Assembly: GCA_045561055.1 (NCBI GenBank)
Contig: JBJKYL010000010.1
Location: 287,051 to 351,050, forward strand
DNA from: Candidatus Rariloculaceae bacterium
GTDB lineage: Bacteria; Pseudomonadota; Gammaproteobacteria; Steroidobacterales; Rariloculaceae
Reading direction: 5' to 3'
Length of the DNA: 64,000 nt
Position 1 is the first letter of the stretch; every line of letters begins with the position of its first letter. Positions 29,828 through 39,900 of this stretch are shown here, in pieces. Below the pieces are notes generated by a model. The model worked only from the letters and a program-made list of their open reading frames with translations. It was not told where the DNA came from and ran no database searches. The position numbers and the translations under genes were made by a program.

Positions 29828-30374
29828 GTACTTCCGATTCTAGCTCCAACCGTTCGTCACGCAAATAAACTCTGATGCCCATCGCATCCAATCGTCGATC
29901 ACCGACGAATAGGCTCACGGATCCTTCTGCACTAGCTACTAAGTTTTCAGGCTCGAAACGCAGCGCTTGTGTTCTAACAAGAGTTCTGTCTCTCTGGTCC
30001 TGGGGTTCGTTTAGGAGTTCAACAGCACCGCGTAAATCAATATAAGATTCGTCCGTTGGGGCTTCTCCGGATTCGGCGCTCAGAAACCAGGGGATGTCCT
30101 CAGTAGGTCGGTATTCTACCCGCACGCCGCTAAGAAATAAGCGATTTTCGCTAGGCTGTTCCTCTGCGCGACGGGCCCATAGTTTGTAAAGTGGCTGCCC
30201 GTCCTCTTTAGTTCTCACTATCTCAGCGTCTGAGAGGTAATAGCCTAGCCGCAAGTTATTGGAAAATTCTCCCATATTGGTGGTTACCGTGCCCGTGCGG
30301 CTCCAATACCAGCTTGCGCCAGCTACGATGCTTAAAAAGATTATGCTTACGACATTTTTAATATTTAGATACAT
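29808..30374 (-). CDS. lptC: LPS export system protein LptC
   Basis: 188 aa with a single N-terminal TM helix. It sits immediately upstream of lptA. Confidence 0.75.
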   Translation of the reverse strand: MYLNIKNVVSIIFLSIVAGASWYWSRTGTVTTNMGEFSNNLRLGYYLSDAEIVRTKEDGQPLYKLWARRAEEQPSENRLFLSGVRVEYRPTEDIPWFLSAESGEAPTDESYIDLRGAVELLNEPQDQRDRTLVRTQALRFEPENLVASAEGSVSLFVGDRRLDAMGIRVYLRDERLELESEVHGQFDP

Positions 30375-30386
30375 TCGGTGTCTTTA

Positions 30387-31355
30387 CTAGGTCAAAGCCT
30401 CCCATATCACGAATCCCTGGTAGACCACAAACGTTACGAGTAGTCCTGCACCGATCGATCGAGTTAATTGCACTTTTGCCCTCCGATTATATGCGAGGAT
30501 GAATACCGCTAGCGTTATTACTGTCATAAGAGGGTAATGAAGTGTTAATACGCCCGGGGACAGTTCATGAGGTTGAATAGCACCGACTATGCCTATGACG
30601 GCTAGCAGATTGAATATATTCGAGCCCAGTACGTTACCGATGACAAGATCGCACTCGCGTTTTAAAGCGCCGGCGATTGCGACGGCCAGTTCTGGTAGGC
30701 TCGTACCAATTGCGATGACCGTGACTCCAAGAACTAGTTCGCTCACGCCTATTCGCCGTGCCGCATCGGTTGCGCCGTTTACCAGAAGTTCGGAGCCTAC
30801 TAACAGCGTAATAAGGCCACCGATGAGCCAGAATGTTGCCTTACCCGCGCCCATCTCGTTGGAAACTTCGGAAGCGTATTTTTCGTTTAGTGGGGCCAAC
30901 CTGTTTGATCGTGTTCCAAGGATGATTAGTGAAATCGTAAGAATCGCGAGAGTGAGTAGCAGCAGTAACGCATCTATGCGGCTGAGGGTGTTGTCTAAGA
31001 ACAGCAGGTAGGCGAGGCCGGTTACAGCTAGCACTAGCGGGAATTCGTGGCGTAGAATTTTAGAGGGAACTGCGAGTGGAGTTAATAGCACGGAGATACC
31101 GAGGACCAACCCAAGGTTCGCGATATTAGATCCCACCGCGTTACCCACCGCGAGTCCCGGCGCATTTTCTATAGATGCGACTGCGGAGATAAGCATCTCA
31201 GGTGCCGAGGTTGCGAAGCCGACGATGACAAGCCCGATTAATACAGGCGATATGCCGAGATTACGCGCTGTCGCGGCCGCGCCGATGACGAGCCGATCAG
31301 CTCCCCAGAAAAGTAATAGTAGGCCGGCCAGAATAGCGGCCACGGATAAAATCAT
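30387..31355 (-). CDS. yrbG: Ca2+/Na+ antiporter family inner membrane protein (YrbG-like)
   Basis: 322 aa and polytopic. Two alpha-repeat motifs, GNAVGSNIANLGL and GNVLGSNIFNLL. Confidence 0.85.
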   Translation of the reverse strand: MILSVAAILAGLLLLFWGADRLVIGAAATARNLGISPVLIGLVIVGFATSAPEMLISAVASIENAPGLAVGNAVGSNIANLGLVLGISVLLTPLAVPSKILRHEFPLVLAVTGLAYLLFLDNTLSRIDALLLLLTLAILTISLIILGTRSNRLAPLNEKYASEVSNEMGAGKATFWLIGGLITLLVGSELLVNGATDAARRIGVSELVLGVTVIAIGTSLPELAVAIAGALKRECDLVIGNVLGSNIFNLLAVIGIVGAIQPHELSPGVLTLHYPLMTVITLAVFILAYNRRAKVQLTRSIGAGLLVTFVVYQGFVIWEALT

Positions 31356-31495
31356 TTTTTTACTATGTGCTCCATATGCTCATATGTGCAAGTACTTTAA
31401 GCGAAGTCTATCAGCCTCTATCACGTAGTCATGAGGGCGAAGGCGGATTCGGTTAGACTGTACGCCTTTCCGTTACCCTGAAATGTGGTGCCAAT

Positions 31496-31738
31496 ATGGA
31501 TCCGAAAGCCGTCGCGAAGTTAATAAAGCAAGGGTTCCCGGGCGCAACTGTCAAGGTAACAACCGATGGTGCCGGGCACTATGAAGCTATGGTTATCTGC
31601 CCCTCGTTCGAAGGTAAACGTAGTCTCCAACGTCATCAGTTGGTTTACGGAACGCTAGGCGCTCTCGTTGGCGTCGAGATTCATGCGCTGAATCTCAAAA
31701 CCTTCACGCCCGGGGAGTGGCAAGCTCGAGCTACCTGA
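31496..31738 (+). CDS. ibaG: BolA-family protein IbaG/YrbA
   Basis: 80 aa with BolA-like ...RHQLVYGTL...IHALNLKTFTPGEW. It lies directly upstream of murA, as in many gammaproteobacteria. Confidence 0.8.
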   Translation: MDPKAVAKLIKQGFPGATVKVTTDGAGHYEAMVICPSFEGKRSLQRHQLVYGTLGALVGVEIHALNLKTFTPGEWQARAT

Positions 31739-33013
<1,275 letters not shown>

Positions 33014-33412
33014 CTTGTTGATTGTAATGTTTGTAGCCGTGCTTCGAGTACCGTATCGGTCTAGAATTTGTTAGCGATAAAATAAATATTTCTACTTTGA
33101 TTAGTCCGCTGGGTCAGAACGAGTTTGAACACCAACGAGAAGACAGTAGTCAAGTGCTTGTGCCCCTGTGTATAATCCTGCCGGCTTGAGCCTGACGATC
33201 TATATGCTAGGGACGCGAACCTGGCGGAATTGGTCAACGTGCCCTTATGCGTCTCAGTAAAAACAAACTACACTGAATTTACTGACGGGCCTCTAGTGCC
33301 CTTATTTTATCAGGTTGAGAGAACTTATATGCTCAAGAAAAAACTTTGGAAAGATGTCGATTAAGATTCCTCTCGTTTTTGGTTCGATTTTTGTCACGTT
33401 AGGAGTAGTGTT

Positions 33413-34039
33413 ATGGCGGTAATAGCTAACCGTCGTTCAGTAATGACGCTCTTTTCCAACGCTACCGATGTGGAGAGTCATCGGACGCGGCTAGTTCTAG
33501 CCGAAAAGAATATAAACATGGACGTTATCGAAGTCGAAGATGGTAGTTGCCCAGAAGATCTGCTGGATTTGAATCCGTACAACAGTGTGCCGACGCTCGT
33601 TGACCGCGAGCTCGTCCTATATGATTCCCGGGTTATTGTGGAGTATATTGACGAGCGATTCCCTCATCCGCCGTTGATGCCAGTCGACCCTGTCATTCGT
33701 GCCCAGTTTCGTCTAGCGCTCTTTCGAATCGAAACTGACTGGTACAAATGTGCGGCCGAGATCGAAAGGCGAGCTGATGGTAGGTCCGTAAAGCGAGCGC
33801 GGAAAACGTTATGCGATAGCATTGTCTCGAGCGCTGAAATTTTTGGTGCGAAACAATTCTTTCTTAGCGATGAATTTTCCCTTGTCGATTGTAGCATTGC
33901 ACCGATTCTCTGGCGGCTGAACGTCTATGAGATTGAACTGCCCTCCCAGGCGAAGCCTATCCAGCATTATATGGATAAGCTTTTCTCCCGAGAGTCTTTC
34001 CAGTCTAGCTTGACCGAACTCGAGGAAGAGATGCGTTAG
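33413..34039 (+). CDS. sspA: Stringent starvation protein A
   Basis: 208 aa with a GST-like fold (MTLFS...SHR.R.VLAEK, VPTLVDREL.LY.SR.I.EY.DERFPHPPLMP). An AGGAG SD lies 7 nt upstream. Confidence 0.9.
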   Translation: MAVIANRRSVMTLFSNATDVESHRTRLVLAEKNINMDVIEVEDGSCPEDLLDLNPYNSVPTLVDRELVLYDSRVIVEYIDERFPHPPLMPVDPVIRAQFRLALFRIETDWYKCAAEIERRADGRSVKRARKTLCDSIVSSAEIFGAKQFFLSDEFSLVDCSIAPILWRLNVYEIELPSQAKPIQHYMDKLFSRESFQSSLTELEEEMR

Positions 34040-34044
34040 GTTGA

Positions 34045-34440
34045 ATGGTGCAGGTTAAGTCAAAGCGCCCGTATCTAATCCGTGCAATGCATGAGTGGAT
34101 GACCGATAACGGTCTCACGCCCTATGTTGTGATTGATGCTGGTACCGATGATCTGAAAGTTCCGGAGCAGTATATTTCCGAAGACAAACTCATTTGCAAT
34201 ATAAGTTACTCTGCGACGCGCAATCTGGATATCGCTGATGACAGAATGAGCTTTGAAACTCGCTTTGATGGAGTGATCCGGCACATTGACGTACCGATCG
34301 TAATTGTTATTGGTATTTATGCTAAGGAGACAGGGCAGGGTATGATTTTTTCGGAGGATGAGTCGACTCAGCTCCCAGATACAGTCGAGATAAGCGAACC
34401 CGGATCGGCGGGCCGACCCACGCTGAAGATTGTCAAATAA
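34045..34440 (+). CDS. sspB: Stringent starvation protein B (ClpXP adaptor)
   Basis: 131 aa with KRPYLIRAMHEWMTDNGLTPYVV and a C-terminal ClpX-tethering tail ...RPTLKIVK. Confidence 0.9.
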   Translation: MVQVKSKRPYLIRAMHEWMTDNGLTPYVVIDAGTDDLKVPEQYISEDKLICNISYSATRNLDIADDRMSFETRFDGVIRHIDVPIVIVIGIYAKETGQGMIFSEDESTQLPDTVEISEPGSAGRPTLKIVK

Positions 34441-34441
34441 C

Positions 34442-34651
34442 TTAATCGACGCCTAGAATTGCAGTGTCTATTAAGTCACACAAAAAATGGATAATAGGTA
34501 GATGTGCTTCCTGAATACGGCAGGTACGCTCGGTTGGAACTCGTAACTCAATATCATCTGTATGCAAGCTTTCAGCGATGTTACCGCCATTGTGTCCGGT
34601 AAGCGCAACGACCTTGATATTGTGGTTTTGTGCTGTGCTGATTGCGCTCAA
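34442..34651 (-). pseudogene. diaA: C-terminal remnant of a SIS-domain protein (DiaA / phosphoheptose isomerase-like)
   Basis: Only about 69 codons remain (...VVALTGHNGG...ELRVP..RT.RIQE.HL..IH.LCDLID), matching the last third of DiaA. The upstream in-frame sequence hits a stop after about 17 codons, and the N-terminal two-thirds are absent. Confidence 0.65.
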
Positions 34652-34797
34652 AAACCATTGCTTTCAATACAGGTGGGCAAGAGTAGACTGATATCAAAGG
34701 CGTTCTTCGTGCACTGAATATAACAAGATTGTTCCCGGGACCGTTGGTTGCGAGCGAACAATTATTTGCTGACTTATCGCAGCTCGGTTCCCTCCGC

Positions 34798-36660
34798 TTA
34801 ATCCTGCAGAATAATCTCGTCTTCGGACCTTAGGGCTACGGGTTTGCCTCTTCGAAACTGAGCTAGCGGAAGGCGGCGACGCACGCGACCGTTTGCATCG
34901 AGGCTGAGTTCTCCAGACATGGCAGGAAAGGCCGTGAATTCGGCAGTTGGGTTATATAGAAGCGGGATCAATCGGTAGGCATCGAAGCCCATGGCAAATA
35001 GCTCCGGGGCATTCTGAATTCGTTGTGGCCAGAAATCCGCCAGTGTCTCTTTGAGTTCAGCCGAGGCCGCATCCGACTCTAACAACCAGGGAGACTGGGG
35101 GAAAAGAACACCATCGAGGTCTAAGTCGCTAACGCTACCCGCATCGAATACGGCTGACGTAGTGTAGGTAGGAAGGTTTCCTGCGTAGTGAAAGCGCAAT
35201 TGCGGCGCGAGCAACCTTCCGTTGTTGGCATTTGTTGCGACAAAGATGATGTCTATGTCTTGCCGTCGACGCGGTTCGAATTCAAGGGGTAGCCTCAGGT
35301 TGGCAGCCAGTCGCTGGTGACGTTGATTGCTGCGAGTGAGATTAAGCAAGTCCGTTATCGTCGGAGAGAAATCCTGGCTGGTTAGGTTGTAAGATCTAAA
35401 TTGTAATAGTTCTCCACCGAGTTTTTCGAATTCGGTTCGAAAACTTGTCAAAAGTCGTTCTCCCCAATCGGAATCCGGTACGAGCGCGATTGCGCTCCGC
35501 GCGCCACTGCTTGTAGCGTGACGGGCAACCTCAGCCGCCTCGTCTTCAGGGGCAAGCGCGAATTGGAAAAAAGCAGGTGGAATGAAGGCGTCGTTTTGTA
35601 CGAAATTAAGTGCCAGTGTGGGAGTCTGACCTGCACTACCGACAACTGAATCGACATTCGGTTTCAACAATGGTCCTACGATAAAGTCTGCGCCCTCCTG
35701 TTCGGCGCGAGAATAGGCTCCCTCGCCTCCTAGTTCGTCTGTGTCATAGATCTTAATGCGCGAACGATACTCCTTATTACTGGTGCGAAAATGGGCGGCG
35801 ATGAAGCCGTCGCGGATCGCCGACGATTCGTCCCTACGACTTCCTAGCGGCAGCAGCAAAGCTACGTTATCGGGATAGATCTGCGAGAGACGATAGCGCT
35901 CAAGTAGCGTTACAAGAAAAGCTGTAGCGGCGGGGTGGCTCGGATATTCGTCGCGCCAGCGCAGCAAATTCGTCTCTAGGCTCGATGGGTTGCTACGGTA
36001 AGTGGTCGCTACTGGCAGAAGAGCGAGCCAACCGTCCACCTTTAGCTCGCCGCTAGGTATTAAAGGGCCGCTGAATATCTGTTTGCGAAGGCCGTTCCAA
36101 ATCAATTCGTGATTAGCTGCGATTGCGTCGCTGTCAGTGAGCCACAACTCCCGCTCGACAAGAGCGGCGACAGCTAGTTCGACCTGGTTCAATTCGAACA
36201 AGGCACGACCTTCGATGGCAGTTTTGGCTAACAATAAATTGGCGTTTTCGGATTGACCAACCCGTTTCAGTATTTCAATGGCTGTACCCGGATGCTGCTC
36301 TTCGAGCGCGATCTCGGCGGAGAGAACAAGGATCATAGCGCTCTGTTGCTCGTTTGCATGGTCGCCTACCCGCGCCAACCAACGTCTTGCCTCGACGGTT
36401 TCGCCGCGGTAGACCAACTGTTGTGCTCCGGCGATCAGGTCGTCCGTCCGCGTGCCGGACTGGCCCGTCGCAATTAGGGCAGAGTAGATATCTATGGCGC
36501 TGTCGATGTCACCGGAGAGTGCTAGCTCCTCTGCACGTTGCCGCATCTGCTGATTCGCCGTGAGCGTTGTTGGGGTGTTAACGGCACATCCCCAGAGGAA
36601 AATAATGCCGGCAACGATAGACGCTTGCTGTAGTCGAATCTTCATCTTAAATGCTTGCAC
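34798..36660 (-). CDS. lpoA: Penicillin-binding protein activator LpoA (lipoprotein)
   Basis: 620 aa. Lipobox ...FLWGC, an N-terminal TPR-like region and a C-terminal periplasmic-binding-protein-like domain. It is divergent from rsmI, as in other gammaproteobacteria. Confidence 0.8.
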   Translation of the reverse strand: MQAFKMKIRLQQASIVAGIIFLWGCAVNTPTTLTANQQMRQRAEELALSGDIDSAIDIYSALIATGQSGTRTDDLIAGAQQLVYRGETVEARRWLARVGDHANEQQSAMILVLSAEIALEEQHPGTAIEILKRVGQSENANLLLAKTAIEGRALFELNQVELAVAALVERELWLTDSDAIAANHELIWNGLRKQIFSGPLIPSGELKVDGWLALLPVATTYRSNPSSLETNLLRWRDEYPSHPAATAFLVTLLERYRLSQIYPDNVALLLPLGSRRDESSAIRDGFIAAHFRTSNKEYRSRIKIYDTDELGGEGAYSRAEQEGADFIVGPLLKPNVDSVVGSAGQTPTLALNFVQNDAFIPPAFFQFALAPEDEAAEVARHATSSGARSAIALVPDSDWGERLLTSFRTEFEKLGGELLQFRSYNLTSQDFSPTITDLLNLTRSNQRHQRLAANLRLPLEFEPRRRQDIDIIFVATNANNGRLLAPQLRFHYAGNLPTYTTSAVFDAGSVSDLDLDGVLFPQSPWLLESDAASAELKETLADFWPQRIQNAPELFAMGFDAYRLIPLLYNPTAEFTAFPAMSGELSLDANGRVRRRLPLAQFRRGKPVALRSEDEIILQD

Positions 36661-36690
36661 ATTGAGTCATCGGACAGGCAGCATAAGTTT

Positions 36691-37530
36691 ATGGATAACG
36701 TTTTGCCAGGAACACTTTACGTAGTGGGAACCCCGATCGGGAATCTGGACGATTTGAGTATTCGTGCGCGTAGCGTCCTAGCCGCTGTCAACCTGATAGC
36801 AGCAGAGGATACCCGCCAAACTAGGAGATTGCTATCGAGTATTGGGCTGAAGGTGAAGCTTATTGCTTACCACGAGCACAATGAGCGGCAACGTATACCA
36901 GGCCTATTGGTGCAGCTCAAAACCGGTAAATCGCTAGCGCTGGTAGTCGATGCGGGAATGCCAACAATTAGCGATCCGGGTGTGAGGCTTGTTCGCGCGG
37001 CGTTAGCGGCAAACGTTCCTATCGTAAGCGTGCCGGGCCCTAGCGCTGATACTGCGGCGCTCAGCATTTCTGGTTTGCCGACAGACCGTTTCGTTTTTGA
37101 AGGATTTCTCCCGCGCCGCGGGAACCAGCGTAGGGAGCGGCTGAAACTGCTGGCGAGCGAGTCCCGGACAATGATTTTCTATGAGTCTGTGCATCGTCTT
37201 CTGGATGCTTTCGTGGCTCTTACCGAGGTGTTCGGTGGGACAAGACAGAGCGTGATCGCGAGAGAGCTGACGAAGCTTCACGAGGCCGTTTATTGTGGCA
37301 CTCTTGCCGAACTTTCCGGTCAATTGGGTAATGATATTCCATTAAAAGGTGAGTTCGTTGTGCTGGTCGCGGGATGCACGGGCGTTGAGAGCGCCGCAAA
37401 CTCCGAGGTATTACGTATCTTTGCAATTCTGAGCGATAGCGTGACAGCGAAAGAGGCTGTGGCACTGACTGCGAAGATCACGGGTCTGAGTCGCAACGAT
37501 GTTTACCAGCTAACCCGTATCCCTGGCTGA
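36691..37530 (+). CDS. rsmI: 16S rRNA (cytidine1402-2'-O)-methyltransferase
   Basis: Motifs LYVVGTPIGNLDDLS.RA, AEDTR and DAGMP.ISDPG. ATG 36691 is preferred to the track start at 36655. Confidence 0.9.
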   Translation: MDNVLPGTLYVVGTPIGNLDDLSIRARSVLAAVNLIAAEDTRQTRRLLSSIGLKVKLIAYHEHNERQRIPGLLVQLKTGKSLALVVDAGMPTISDPGVRLVRAALAANVPIVSVPGPSADTAALSISGLPTDRFVFEGFLPRRGNQRRERLKLLASESRTMIFYESVHRLLDAFVALTEVFGGTRQSVIARELTKLHEAVYCGTLAELSGQLGNDIPLKGEFVVLVAGCTGVESAANSEVLRIFAILSDSVTAKEAVALTAKITGLSRNDVYQLTRIPG

Positions 37531-37620
37531 GGGTGTCCGTCGCGACAATTCGTTAGGATTGGTGCTTGGTCAGGCTGTCTTCCCTACAACCGTGGCGGTT
37601 TAGGTAGTACCCTTGTGGAT

Positions 37621-37971
37621 GGGAGTCGGCCGGGCAGTCGCTGGGAATATCTTCGGATATGGCCGGAGGAAAGTCCGGGCTCCATTGGGCAGGGTGCCAG
37701 GTAACGCCTGGGAGGCGTGAGCCTACGGCTAGTGCCACAGAAAATATACCGCCGGATTCGTATTCGGTAAGGGTGAAAAGGTGCGGTAAGAGCGCACCGC
37801 GCATGTGGTAACACACTGCGGCACGGTAAACCCCACCCGGAGCAAGACCGAATAGGGGAGCGTTTTAGTGAGCCCACACAAGCTCCCGGGTAGGTCGCTA
37901 GAGATGTGCGGTAACGCGCATTCGAGATGAATGACTGCTCTCGACAGAACCCGGCTTATAGGCCGGCTCCC
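37621..37971 (+). ncRNA. rnpB: RNase P RNA (bacterial type A)
   Basis: Universally conserved blocks GAGGAAAGTCCGGGCTCC, GGGTGCCAGGTAACGCCTGGG, GGTAAGGGTGAAA.GGTGCGGTAAGAGCGCACC and ACAGAACCCGGCTTAT. P1 pairs GGGAGTCGGCC (5') with GGCCGGCTCCC (3'), followed by a T-run. This explains the pile of spurious minus-strand ORFs at 37553-37998. Confidence 0.95.
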
Positions 37972-38131
37972 TTTTTCTTTTTTGTAGAAGTGCTCCAAAG
38001 AGACCCAGATCCTAGAAACGAATGAGATTAACGCTTATAAGTCATTGATTTTTAGTAGTCAGTCATCCCCCCTAGAATCCGGACCTCCTTCCTAACTTAC
38101 TGGTAAACAAAAAAAATATTAGTTTCTTCGG

Positions 38132-38161
38132 TTGACAGTAGCCGGTCGCCCTTCTTATAGT
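38132..38161 (+). promoter_or_regulatory. Putative Pmra promoter of the dcw cluster
   Basis: TTGACA (38132-38137), an 18 nt spacer, then TATAGT (38156-38161), 40 nt upstream of the mraZ ATG. Confidence 0.55.
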
Positions 38162-38184
38162 GGGGATAAGTGGTAAGAAGTGGG
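38160..38184 (+). promoter_or_regulatory. Putative MraZ operator: three GTGGN direct repeats with 10-bp periodicity
   Basis: GTGGGgataaGTGGTaagaaGTGGGaaaaa, with repeats starting at 38160, 38170 and 38180. This matches the GTGGG-N5 triple-repeat operator described for E. coli MraZ at Pmra. Confidence 0.6.
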
Positions 38185-38200
38185 AAAAAATGAGACTGCC

Positions 38201-38656
38201 ATGTTTCGCGGTGCTTCAAAGGTTACCCTGGATGCGAAGGGGCGATTGGCTATCCCAAGTCGGTATCGGGAACGCCTCGCTAGCCGTTGCGAAGGACATC
38301 TTGTTGTCACCGTTGACCGAGATCATTGCCTTCTCATTTATCCCCTACCTGACTGGGAGGCCGTCCAGCGCAAACTGGATCGTTTGCCGTCTTTTAATAA
38401 ACCGTCACGTGAGATGCAACGACTAATGGTGGGGTATGCCACTGATGTCGATTTGGACGGACAGGGGCGGATACTGCTGTCCAAGGCGCTTTGTGCGTTC
38501 GCGGGCCTCGATAAACAAACGATGCTCATCGGGCAAGGTAACAAATTTGAACTATGGAACGAGGAACGGTGGAACCAGAACTGTGACAAATGGTTATCGA
38601 GTAATGAGCCGGATGATACAGACGAATCTACCGAACTTAAATCGCTGACTCTCTAA
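38201..38656 (+). CDS. mraZ: Transcriptional regulator MraZ
   Basis: MFRGASKVTLDAKGRLAIPSRYRE... with the duplicated SpoVT-AbrB DxxxR-type motif. ATG 38201 is preferred to 38180. Confidence 0.9.
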   Translation: MFRGASKVTLDAKGRLAIPSRYRERLASRCEGHLVVTVDRDHCLLIYPLPDWEAVQRKLDRLPSFNKPSREMQRLMVGYATDVDLDGQGRILLSKALCAFAGLDKQTMLIGQGNKFELWNEERWNQNCDKWLSSNEPDDTDESTELKSLTL

Positions 38657-38668
38657 GCGAAATAGCAA

Positions 38669-39616
38669 TTGATAGATAAGGCTGATCACCAGCCAGTGTT
38701 GGTAGATGAGGTTCTAGAAAGCCTCGCGATTAAAGATGACGGTTGGTATGTAGATGGGACCTTCGGTCGTGGAGGGCATAGCGCGTTAATACTCGCGCAA
38801 CTTGGGGAACAGGGGAGATTGTTCGCTCTGGATAAAGACCCTGAAGCTGTAGATTACGGTCGCGCTAGTTTTGTGGCAGAGCCTCGTCTGACGATTGAGC
38901 ACGGCGGGTTTGAATCACTTACCCGCCATATGTGCTCTTGGCTTGAAGGTCATGCGCTCGCAGGTGTGCTGCTAGATTTGGGTGTGTCCTCGCCGCAGTT
39001 AGATGTCCCCGAGCGGGGTTTCAGTATCGCCCACAATGGTCCGTTGGATATGCGAATGGATAAGTCATCGGGACAAACTGCGATGGAGTGGTTAAAGCAT
39101 GTAAATGAGGGCGAGCTTAGCCGTGTGTTGTTTCGTTACGGTGAAGAGCCCCGCGCGCGCCAGATTGCAGCTGCTATAGTAAAGGCGAGAGTTGTTAAAC
39201 CCATTGAGACGACCCACGAGCTTGCAAAGATCGTTAGGCAGAGTTCCGGTTACCATCGGAGTCGTATCCATCCTGCGACACGCGTGTTTCAGGCGGTTCG
39301 TATTCAGGTCAATGCGGAGCTCACGGCGCTGGAGCAAGTCCTGGAGCAGTGCCTGGAGCTTTTGGCTGTCGGTGGCAGGCTCTGTGTAATAAGTTTTCAT
39401 TCTCTCGAAGACCGGATCGTTAAGCGTTTCATCGCCCGCGAGGCCTCTGAAGACCCTGCATACCGAGGGTTGCCGGATATGCCTGCTGAAGCACGTCCGA
39501 ATCTGCGCCGGATAGGTGGTCTTGTCCGTCCATCGTTAGTAGAGGTCACCGGGAATCCACGAGCCCGTGGGGCCAGGCTGCGCGTTGCAGAGAGACTTGG
39601 AGCGCCGGCCACGTGA
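38669..39616 (+). CDS. rsmH: 16S rRNA (cytosine1402-N4)-methyltransferase
   Basis: 315 aa with H.PVL..EV, DGTFGRGGHS, DLGVSS.Q.D and FHSLEDR. TTG start. Confidence 0.9.
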   Translation: MIDKADHQPVLVDEVLESLAIKDDGWYVDGTFGRGGHSALILAQLGEQGRLFALDKDPEAVDYGRASFVAEPRLTIEHGGFESLTRHMCSWLEGHALAGVLLDLGVSSPQLDVPERGFSIAHNGPLDMRMDKSSGQTAMEWLKHVNEGELSRVLFRYGEEPRARQIAAAIVKARVVKPIETTHELAKIVRQSSGYHRSRIHPATRVFQAVRIQVNAELTALEQVLEQCLELLAVGGRLCVISFHSLEDRIVKRFIAREASEDPAYRGLPDMPAEARPNLRRIGGLVRPSLVEVTGNPRARGARLRVAERLGAPAT

Positions 39617-39900
39617 AGCGGGAACAGTTTCGATTATTGTTGTGCTTGCCGTTAGCGGCCGCTGTTGTCGTTTCAGCGATATGGGTCATCAAGGCTAAAC
39701 ACGAATCGAGACAACTTTTTGTTGAGCTCGAATCGTTGAATAGAGAGCGCGATCGCTTACAGGTTGACTGGGGTCGGCTACAACTCGAAGAGAGCACCTG
39801 GGGGACGCCTGCCCGGGTCGAGACTCTTGCAACAGAGCAGCTATCGCTGCGTCGTCCGATACCGGAACAGGTTGTCGTCGTAGCAGAGCCGCTGCCATGA
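39613..39900 (+). CDS. ftsL: Cell division protein FtsL
   Basis: 95 aa with a single TM helix followed by a coiled coil (RQLFVELESLNRERDRLQVDWGRLQLE). It sits between rsmH and ftsI. Confidence 0.8.
   Translation: MKREQFRLLLCLPLAAAVVVSAIWVIKAKHESRQLFVELESLNRERDRLQVDWGRLQLEESTWGTPARVETLATEQLSLRRPIPEQVVVVAEPLP

Noticed and set aside
37553-37998. Three overlapping minus-strand ORFs of 87-97 aa in the ORF track
   Set aside because: They lie antisense over the RNase P RNA gene (rnpB, + strand). The region carries all the universal RNase P motifs and the ORFs have no protein-like features.
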